Of a stretch of DNA of 64,000 bases, positions 54,576-64,000 are shown in pieces (position 1 is the first letter of the stretch; the number at the start of each line of letters is the position of its first letter). The DNA is from Laetmonice hystrix. Lineage: Eukaryota. The stretch spans positions 5,086,001-5,150,000 of the forward strand of contig OZ249436.1 in NCBI GenBank assembly GCA_965235115.1, in the 5' to 3' direction. The position numbers were made by a program, and so were the translations under genes. Under the pieces are notes generated by a model. The model worked only from the letters and a program-made list of their open reading frames with translations, made no database searches and was not told the DNA's origin.

Positions 54576-56012
54576 ATGGGATGTCTCGGCAAGGATGCGA
54601 CCAGCGACCCGCTATTGAATCAGCGTGAGTCTGATCTCTGCGACCACCAATTACAAAGGCCACGGGTGACGCCTGCCGAGCTGGCCGCCTGTGTGAGCGC
54701 GTGCCTGGGGATGTTCTCAACGGGAATCGTAACCGGGTACTCTTCTCCGGCCATCCGGGACTTAGAACGGGACGCTGTCCTTACTGAGGGCCAGGCGGCC
54801 TGGTTCGGCTCCGTCATGACAATAGGTGCGATGTTCGGAGGTCCCATGGCCGGGTGGGCTGTGGGAAAGTTTGGGCGTAAAACCACGGTGGTCCTTACTG
54901 CCTTTCCCTTCGTGGTCGGATGGTTTCTCATTGTAACCGCTTTAACAACGCATTCCACTGTAGGTCTACTATACGTTGGTCGTATCCTCACTGGGCTCGG
55001 GGCCGGGATGGCTTGCCTATGTGTCCCGTTGTACATTGCTGAAGTGGCCCCCAAACAGTACCGTGGGGCCCTAGTGTCTGGGATCCAGGTAGGTACGACG
55101 AGCGGTATCCTGTTGACGTACGGCCTTGGGATGACGCTGGGATGGCAGTGGCTTGCTGTTGTTTCCGCCATGCCCCCTTCCCTCATGGCCCTCCTCGTCA
55201 TCCTGGTTCCAGAGACTCCTAGATGGTTACTCATGAAAAACAGGCGAGCAGAAGCAGTTGGCGCGCTAACCTGGCTCAGACAGGTCCAACACCAGGAGTC
55301 TGTGATGCCGGAGATCCAGGAAATTGAAGAGGCGTTGGCCATGACAACCTCAGGGATTGTACCTTGGTCTGATTTCTTCAGGAACCCAGCGCTGGCTCGG
55401 CCACTGAGGACCAGCATTCTCATGATGGTCTTCCAACAGTTCTGTGGTATAAACGCCGTCATATTTTACACCGATTCCATATTTGAGAGTGGAGGGTTCA
55501 AGGGGAACCCTGACCTACCCGCCGTGGTCGTAGCGGCAGTCAAGGCGACCGTCACCGCTTCCATGTTGCCTTTAATAGACCGCGCAGGACGGAAACCATT
55601 GCTCATCACAGGCGGCCTGGGAATGGGTCTTAGTTGTGTCTGCCTTGGAGTCTATTTCTACCTGACACAGTCCGTACAGACGTCTGCGACACTGTCATGG
55701 TTATCACTGGGAAGTCTGATCGTCTACGTGGTGTTTTACTCGGTGGGATGGGGAGCCATCCCGTGGATACTGATGTCTGAAATCTTTCCCGCTCAAACAC
55801 GTGGCCGAGCGAGCGGGTTGGCAACTGGGGTGAACTGGTTGTGTGCATTCATTGTAACTCAATCCTTCCTACCACTGACTGGAGTCATCACTAGTTACGG
55901 GGTATTCTGGGGCTTTGCCGGCGTGTGTTTTACAGGAACTCTTTATGTAGCGTGTTGCTTGGTGGAAACGAAAGGAAAGTCGCTCGAGGAGATAGAGGCC
56001 ATCTTTAGGTGA
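54576..56012 (+). CDS. MFS sugar porter, GLUT8/GLUT6/Tret1-like, intronless CDS, 478 aa
   Basis: First ATG at 54576. Roughly 12 hydrophobic segments; motifs GYSSP, FGRK, GRILTG, PLYIAEVAP..RG, PETPRWL, QQFCGINAVIFY, DRAGRK, GWGAIPWILMSEIFP...RG, ETKGKSLEEIE; N-terminal DPLL is dileucine-like. Confidence 0.93.
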   Translation: MGCLGKDATSDPLLNQRESDLCDHQLQRPRVTPAELAACVSACLGMFSTGIVTGYSSPAIRDLERDAVLTEGQAAWFGSVMTIGAMFGGPMAGWAVGKFGRKTTVVLTAFPFVVGWFLIVTALTTHSTVGLLYVGRILTGLGAGMACLCVPLYIAEVAPKQYRGALVSGIQVGTTSGILLTYGLGMTLGWQWLAVVSAMPPSLMALLVILVPETPRWLLMKNRRAEAVGALTWLRQVQHQESVMPEIQEIEEALAMTTSGIVPWSDFFRNPALARPLRTSILMMVFQQFCGINAVIFYTDSIFESGGFKGNPDLPAVVVAAVKATVTASMLPLIDRAGRKPLLITGGLGMGLSCVCLGVYFYLTQSVQTSATLSWLSLGSLIVYVVFYSVGWGAIPWILMSEIFPAQTRGRASGLATGVNWLCAFIVTQSFLPLTGVITSYGVFWGFAGVCFTGTLYVACCLVETKGKSLEEIEAIFR

Positions 56013-56854
56013 AAATATAGACAGGCGACACTGGCACCCGAATAATTTTATTTGGGGTCTGCAGCTGCCCCTCTAACTTTCCTATGGCCTTTGTAGATTA
56101 AAAAAAATCATTGTGTTTCCCAGATGCTCCACTATACGACACAACAAGTACCTCCCCCCCCGCCCCCATATATCCCCACGCTACGTTTAGAAAATAGACA
56201 GAGAATTGTTCGCTTCAGGGCACAGTTCCACTGAGGCGATAAAGCTGGGTAACAACCTGCAGTTATAGTTTTATGGTAGTCGATTCTGGCCCAAACAACC
56301 ACAACACCATGACAATCACGAGGGGAGTCTCCACAAAGTTTCCCGTCAAATTCATCGGCTGTCCAGAAAAGTTGCGTTATTTCGTAGGTGGAAACCACAG
56401 GAAACATGACCGTAATGTATGCAGAGGCGGTGCTTTATTGTGCAAAATGTCGATAATGTAGACTATATTGTTAGGCTAATATCACAGTTTATTTGCCGCT
56501 CTCAAACTGTTTATACACTTGTTTTTTTTTTAATATATTAACTGAACATAAAGCAGGTAAATCTCAACAATATCCATGTGATACTTGGCCGTAACCCAGA
56601 CCAGATATCAGAGTAGAGCTTCGTTAGTCCTAATTGACTCAAGTTCACCCATTACTCAAGTTCACCCATTTAAAAATTGCCGGACATAATGTACACAGAT
56701 TATCTGGCCGGACGTTCAGAAGAATTTGTCCGTATACGCCTACTGTACAGACCATACGGTCGCGCGGGTAGTGGGGCTGAAATGTGTGTAGCCATTCGCT
56801 ACAGGAGTTCGTTCAAAAGGACCACTCCCTCGCCGGCGAACATTCCCAGTTGCG

Positions 56855-59800
56855 TCAATAGTATAGTGTCATTTGCATCCACTGAAATACAAGAAGAAAA
56901 TGTATGAAACAGGACAGATCGTGAAAAGTATTACGAGGCGAGACTTTATAGTGTTAATCAATGCTTGTTTATATATATCCAATGTATATGAATAATTGTT
57001 CATCAAAGTTTAACAGAAAGCTCGATGAGAGTATAGGGTGACCGACTGACCTGTTCAAGGCTCAACCTCGCCTCGCCTGGAGTCTCTTTACTAAATTTCT
57101 CGAAGGCTCCTAGAAACAGAACAGTTCTCGGATATAACTCTGATCTGTCGATCGGTATGGTACCAGAAAACTACCTACTTATCATACATATTCATAGATT
57201 TATTTAATTTTATTTATTTCTTTATTTATATTGAGTGTTTATTGGTTGCGGATTTTAATGGCATCGATTTGCGTTGAATTTCGACTGTGGATCAAACTCT
57301 AGTAACTTACTGAACATTGTAAGAGTTTTGGCCAAACACAAGATGAAGTCTTCAAAAAATAACGTTCTGTCTTTGCCTCCGTACCGCACAGCAAGAGTCT
57401 TCAACGTCTGGTAACTCAGTATAATTCCTAGAACAGAGGCAACCAGCTCAAAATGCTCAAACTTTTGTCGAGAAACAGTACATCAAATACAATATTATAC
57501 GAACATCGTAAACTTTATCATCAATATAAGTATTGTACGTGGTGTGCATTTAAAGGACTGTACACTCACCAATAGATTTGATTATTTTCTTAAGTTCCCA
57601 AGTCTCAATGCCCCCTGATCGATCTTTATCGTGCTTCTGAAACATCCTCTGAAGAACAAACATGAATTCGATGGAAGTTGATAGGGTGTTTTCGTTATTT
57701 GTGAACTTGGGGGGTCCTCTCCAAGCAAGACGATAGCGACGAGTAAAGAAAAGGTCGAATGCAGCAGAAATACGACTGTTACTGTGAAATAGGCTGATTC
57801 GGTGATAAACAAACCTTGTTTTTTCATGTGTTGCTGCCAGACTTTCGGATTTACAAATGGAGCTAATTTACAGTTCCCGATTTCTGACTTCCTGATACGA
57901 GTGGATTCACAAAGGGACCGAAAACAATCGACAGAACAGAACGACAAACCGACAGAACGGCTCTGCCCTAGGCCTACCGCCAGAAACCTTACCCTCCAGA
58001 ACAAAATTTCATCCCAGACTCTGGCTGTCTGGTCGAAATCAAGTTCGCCGGACATGGATTCCTGAAGAAACGGTTAAGGCAATAAGGTCGCCATTGTTTG
58101 GGGAAAGATAAGATACAACAAACAGCGAGGACAAACTCTGCTCGACGGTTAATCGTTCGGCGCCGCATGCTATCGAGAGCTGATTCAGGGGTTCATCTAA
58201 GTCGCTGAAAAAGAAAAAGTACAGTTACAAAATTGTTTTTTCTCCGATATCTAGGTGCGAATCCTTGTGAGAGCCCAGTGAGTCTTCAGTCAAGTGGAAC
58301 ATCTCTAGGTCGATTAGTAAGATTTAAAAAATAATTCAATGAAAAACTATAAATACGGTAAAGCTATACATTAAAGCAACAAAATAATACTCGGTAATAA
58401 CGATGAACGAATTATTAGAAAAGATAAGGAATTAAATCGATAAACACAATACAGAAGAGAGTATTAGTGTTATGGTGAGATTTGTGTTAATACTTAGACA
58501 TCTCGCTATGATCTCTACGAAAGGATACATCCTCCATGGCGAGGATAGCCCGACACGCCTCCACGCTGAATGCTGTCGTCTCTCCGAATTCTACATGATA
58601 ATACAACCAGGTCTTTACAATACCATATACATTGTGTATACAGACGGCCGCTATTCTGTGGTCGAGTATTTAGGCATGCATACATAATAAATTTTATTAT
58701 TTATTCATAAGATACGAGTTGTGAGTTTAAAAATAATTTGGCGCGGATCTCTAGACCGCTTTACGCCAGCTTCAGTTTTTTGTTTGTTTATTTTTATACA
58801 ATTTTAAGAGTATAGGTGTAGTAAAAATGCGTCTGGACCCGTCAGGGCAAACCTTTTTTACTCAGCTGATTCAGGATATCTCGTAAATCCCTAGCGTCAA
58901 TGTAATTATCGCTGCCGGCGTACTGCGCAAACATCTCCGCCGATAGCACGCCCACTGGTTTGTTATCGTCCTGTGGAGTAATACGTACACAGTTCACGCT
59001 AGTCGTATAGACCAATCAGACAATTGATAGGAATACGTACACAGTTCACGCTAGTCGTATAGACCAATCAGACAATTGATGGGAATACGTACACAGTTCA
59101 CTCTAGTCGTATAGACCAATCAGACAATTGATGGGAATACGTACACAGTTCACTCTAGTCGTATAGACCAATCAGACAATACGTACACAGTTCACGCTAG
59201 TCGTATAGACCAATCAGACAATTGATGGGAATACGTACACAGTTCACTCTAGTCGTATAGACCAATCAGACAATTGATGAGAATACGTACACAGTTCACG
59301 CTAGTCGTATAGACCAATCAGACAATTGATGGGAATACGTACACAGTTCACTCTAGTCGTATAGACCAATCAGACAATTGATGGGAATACGTACACAGTT
59401 TGCTCTAGTCGTATAGACCCATCAGACAATTGATAGGAATACGTACACAGTTCACTCTAGTCGTATAGACCAATCAGACAATTGATGGGAATACGTACAC
59501 AGTTCACGCTAGTCGTATAGACCAATCAGACAATTGATGGGAATACGTACACAGTTCACTCTAGTCGTATAGACCAATCAGACAATTGATGGGAATACGT
59601 ACACAGTTCACTCTAGTCGTATAGACCAATCAGACAATTGATGGGGATACGTACACAGTTTGCTCTAGTCGTATAGACCCATCAGACAATTGATAGGAAT
59701 ACGTACACAGTTCACGCTAGTCGTTTAGACCAATCAGACAATTGATAGGAATACGTACACAGTTCACGCTAGTCGTATAGACCAATCAGACAATTGATGG

Positions 59801-62800
59801 GAATACGTACACAGTTCACGCTAGTCGTATAGACCAATCAGACAATTGATGGGAATACGTACACAGTTCGCTCGTATATATAGACCAGACAATTGATAGG
59901 AATATACGTACACAGTTCGCTATCATCGTTTTGACCAATCAGACAATTGATTGGAGTACGTTCCCGTACAGCACTACCTATACATTCACACGTGGACTCT
60001 TTATATACAGGCCCATCCATTACCTATACCATACATGGACGGATACATATACATGAACTTCCGCAGATGCACGTACCTTTTCATCTTCTTCTTGTATAAC
60101 TGGACCCGTCTCCTCTTTAATTTCTCTGCAACAAATTAAATTCAGAAGTTGGTTTACGTGATGTCACATTGTTAACATCAAGACTAACATCCTTCTACAA
60201 GACATCAACTGAACTCCCAAGACAAACCTGGTCCCGGATGATAAACAAACCCCTGAATGGTACATTTATTCCCGGGAACTGTTAACTTGATTAAATTGAA
60301 CGTTTCACTCCAAAGATTCTATTGATGGGACAATGGACAGTAGTGACTTGTCTTCTGGGATTTCTTTTAATTATTTTATTAAGTGAAAAGGCTTCAATGA
60401 CATGAATATAACAGGCTCTGGTTTCTATCAAAGTACGACACACCGTGTCTTCTCCGTTTACGTTATAAACTCACTGAGATTCAGCAGGGGAGTAGGTGAA
60501 GATTCTGAGCAGGAACTCTCCCTCCTGGTCAGGACGTAGTGTGCTAGGAATGATGATATAATCCCCAGGGTCAACAAAAACTCGGCACGTCACCTCTCGG
60601 AGCACCGTGCGCGTTCGGAACTGTTTCTTTAATTTGGTTCTCTCTTGGAAAGTCACAGCGTCCATCGTCTTCGGTCGTCCACTCTTCACCTTTGTACGAG
60701 TAGAATTAATAACTACGGTTTAATGGTTGAAGATTAAATCTAAGCTATTATAGCATTTCTACTTATGTACTCGTTTAAGGCCATTCTGCCTTACTAGGCC
60801 CAAAAGCATTCATGAAAAAACACCATGCGTAATATGCTTTACCATTTTGTTATACATTGAACAAATACATCAATGTATTCAGGACAATATTTAGATAGTT
60901 AGGAACAGTAGGATTCATATTGGTTTTCATCCGTGCATGCCAATCGTAGACCATCGTACCTGATGGACATCGAAGCCAAACATGAGCCGTTTCAGAGCGG
61001 TCGTGAACCGTCTCTTGCGGTAGTCCTTCACCAGTAGCGACACGACCATGGTGCATTCCTTGGTCACGTTTAGAGCATCCTTATCTGGTTTGTTTACCGT
61101 CACGAAGTACTGAGGGTTGGTGTAGTAAAGCTCTGCAGGGAAATGAGAAAGGACGGCAACTGACGACGTGTGTATGAGGGGGGACTGAGAGGGCCACTTT
61201 ATACACAGGTCATTTAATAAGGAAGAACATAACCAAGCTAGCGATGTTTCTACAACGTGTAGGTCAATGTAAATATCTTTGCAATGCGTTTCTTGAACAT
61301 ATATTTATGCTGGTCCTCCGTGTGTGCATTATGTATAGATCTAATGTGAGATGAAGACCCACTTTCAGGTGAGATAAGTCCCCCTCCGCCTGCGTTCACC
61401 CCTTTCACCCACTCGCCCTCGTGCTGGATCATGTGCCACTTGATTTTGTCCTGCAGAACAGAAATCTAATTGGTCATTAACTTCTCCGGAAAACCACAGC
61501 TCCTCGTTTCCTGTCATATAAATTAAATCTCCCAAATACGTCTCAGAATGACGAAATGATAGAGCTGCTTATCTAGAGACCGGAATCCAACGAAATGGAT
61601 GTCGGCTTCGTCTTTCTACGATTCGCAGGCCACATATCCTCAACATTGACTCAAGCGTCAGCTGCGCGGGTATTTACGTAAAAAAGACGGCGTTCTTAGC
61701 GATTTTTACAGGCCTGCCCGCAGCTCTTGTTTACCACAGACCAGAGACCTGAATACGTCCACCCCGGATAGTGGTACCTTTGGGGCGTCTCGGGAAACGA
61801 AGGAGTGTGGACCAAGGTGTACGATGTCGAACAGGCTGAAGTTCTTCAGCAGCTCATCAAAGTCCATCCTGCAAGAAGAAGAAGCAAACCGTATTTGGTG
61901 AGTCAGAGCACTTGTAGACCCCTACTGCACAGAAAGCGCACAAAAAATGGGGATGACAAAATGCTAAAGCGGTTACACTTATAGTTTTAGTCATCCAATT
62001 TCATGCTGCACAAAACAGACAGATACACTTTTACAACGTTCGAAACGAATTGCCAGGAAAATGGAAAGTAGGAGATCGGTCGAATTGACTCATGGATTGT
62101 GAGGCAGGGATAGACGAACATCTATACACACTGACGGACTGCAGAAGGTGTGATACCACAGACACAGGTGTAGTAAGAGTGGGAGTTTAAAGGCACTACA
62201 ACTAGGACTAAGACACCACGGCAACCTACCAAAACTCACCATCGTCCTCTACAACCAGTTCCATCTTCTTCCTGTCTTCCTCGGAGACAGATTTCCATTC
62301 ATCGGACCTGCGTTACATCATTATTGTTATGTTTTTATTACAAACCATGATTGCATGGCAAAACAGTCGTTTTAATTTCTTTTAATTTACCCATTGCTCA
62401 ATGGGTCATAATATTGTTCTTAAAATATATCATGTTTTTTTGCCTGTGCACATTTTGTCTATGTAAAGGTCTATATACAGCTAGTGTATGACAGACAGGA
62501 TTTTAAAGATTGTGTAGGATGGGAGTGGGGGTGGGGGTGGAGGGGGAGAGGGGTAAAAGGCCACAGGCCTTCGATTCATGCTATTCAGTACATCATCCAG
62601 GTTTTAGTCCCCTCCCTAGATCCATCATTTCTATAATTATAAGGTTATGCCATCTGATCGGCGTCCTCTCACTCACTCATCACTCCAAGGTCCCGTCCAC
62701 TCCGATTTCCCCCATGGATTTCGTAATCGAATCAACTTCACCGACCAACCCTGGATCCGTTGCTGGAAGGCAAGGAAAGGGCTTGCTGAACTGCATCGCA

Positions 62801-64000
62801 AGATGATTCCAATTGAATAGATAATTGAACGAATTTCATGATGGATTAGAGCAACGATCTCGTCGTGTTGTGAAGAAGGACAATACTCACCTGCATGACA
62901 GCGGTGACACTATAGGCATGCCCCTTGTACAGTCCGTTCAATTGACTTACTTGCATGACAGCGGTGACACTATAGGCATGCCCCTTGTACAGTACGTTCA
63001 ATTGACTTACTTGCATGACAGCGGTGACACTATAGGCATGCCCCATGTACAGTACGTTCAATTGACTTACTTGCATGACAGCGGTGACACTATAGGCATG
63101 CCCCTTGTACAGTCCGTTCAATTGACTTACTTGCATGACAGCGGTGACACTATAGGCATGCTCCTTGTACAGCCCGTTCAATTGACTTACTTACATGACA
63201 GCGGTGACACTATAGGCATGCTCCTTGTACAGTCCGTTCAATTGACTTACTTGCATGACAGCGGTGACACTATAGGCATGCCCCTTGTACAGTCCGTTCA
63301 ATTGACTTACTTGCATGACAGCGGTGACACTATAGGCATGCCCCTTGTACAGTCCGTTCAATGGACTTACTTGCATGACAGCGGTGACACTATAGGCATG
63401 CCCCTTGTACAGTCCGTTCAACTGACTTACTTGCATGACAGCGGTGACACTATAGGCATGCCCCTTGTACAGTCCGTTCAATTGACTTACTTGCATGACA
63501 GCGGTGACACTATAGGCATGCCCCTTGTACAGTCCGTTCAACTGACTTACTTGCATGACAGCGGTGACACTATAGGCATGCCCCTTGTACAGTCCGTTCA
63601 ATTGACTTACTTGCATGACAGCGGTGACACTATAGGCATGCCCCTTGTACAGTCCGTTCAACTGACTTACTTGCATGACAGCGGTGACACTATAGGCATG
63701 CCCCTTGTACAGTCCGTTCAATTGACTTACTTGCATGACAGCGGTGACACTATAGGCATGCCCCTTGTACAGTCCGTTCAATTGACTTACTTGCATGACA
63801 GCGGTGACACTATAGGCATGCTCCTTGTACAGCCCGTTCAATTGACTTACTTACATGACAGCGGTGACACTATAGGCATGCTCCTTGTACAGTCCGTTCA
63901 ATTGACTTACTTGCATGACAGCGGTGACACTATAGGCATGCCCCTTGTACAGTCCGTTCAATTGACTTACTTGCATGACAGCGGTGACACTATAGGCATG
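56855..64000 (-). CDS. Classical calpain (CysPc-C2L-penta-EF-hand); 5' end lies outside the window
   Basis: Exons: His-motif exon end in the array above 62890; 62762-62677 (LIRLRNPWG, catalytic Asn); 62307-62230 (DDGEFW); 61868-61778; 61450-61363; 61132-60960 (TNPQY); 60689-60475 (PGDYIIIPST..P..EGEFLLRIF); 60125-60077; 58970-58853; 58590-58529; 58061-57993; 57648-57570 (DKDRSGGIETWEL); 57427-57311; 57109-57051; 56881-56855 (WMQMTLYY*). All phases are consistent. Confidence 0.93.
58062..58528 (-). other. U12-type GT-AG intron in the calpain EF-hand region
   Basis: Donor GTATCCTTT after ...ILAMED; branch point CCTTAAC at 58079-58073, about 10 nt from the AG. Confidence 0.92.
58981..59960. repeat. 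52-bp minisatellite, about 19 copies, filling most of a calpain intron
   Basis: Unit ATACGTACACAGTTCAC(G/T)CTAGTCGTATAGACCAATCAGACAATTGAT(A/G)GGA. Confidence 0.95.
62891..64000 (-). repeat. 60-bp tandem array of the calpain catalytic-His exon end plus splice donor, at least 18.5 copies
   Basis: Minus-strand unit TTGAACGGACTGTACAAGGGGCATGCCTATAGTGTCACCGCTGTCATGCAA|GTAAGTCAA encodes LNGLYKGHAYSVTAVMQ|VSQ. Confidence 0.97.

Noticed and set aside
54620..55462. 280-aa antisense ORF
   Set aside because: Shadow of the GC-rich transporter CDS; no recognisable motif.
58981..59960. Regular repeat arrays here and at 33446 and 62891 as possible CRISPR arrays
   Set aside because: They are head-to-tail repeats with no unique spacers, there are no cas genes, and the context is eukaryotic and intronic.
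62903..62915. GGTGACACTATAG in every 60-bp unit matches 13 nt of the SP6 phage promoter (vector contamination?)
   Set aside because: It lacks the upstream ATTTA and is simply the reverse complement of codons in the calpain AYSVT motif; no other vector sequence is seen.

Overview
Eukaryotic DNA, most consistent with an invertebrate metazoan; the species cannot be determined from the sequence. Seven protein-coding genes can be spliced by hand with consistent reading frames: profilin (-), PTEN (+), ATAD1/Msp1 (+), a C2orf81/DUF4639 homolog (-), ENKD1 (+), a GLUT8/Tret1-like sugar transporter with an intronless CDS (+), and the 3' part of a classical calpain (-) that runs off the right edge. Two introns are U12 (minor spliceosome) type. 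Introns contain many MITEs (several with 5-bp target duplications), Penelope-like retroelement fragments and minisatellites. The most unusual structure is at the right edge: the end of the calpain exon encoding the catalytic-His motif, together with its 5' splice site, is amplified into a 60-bp in-frame tandem array of at least 18.5 copies. This gives 19 splice donors, with stop-codon copies spaced 660 bp apart. Other points of interest are a candidate mutually exclusive exon pair in the C2orf81 homolog, PTEN-ATAD1 adjacency as in human, a 135-aa loop in the PTEN C2 domain, and an RFX X-box between two head-to-head cilia-associated genes. All gene models and identities come from manual reading and remembered motifs; no database search was run.
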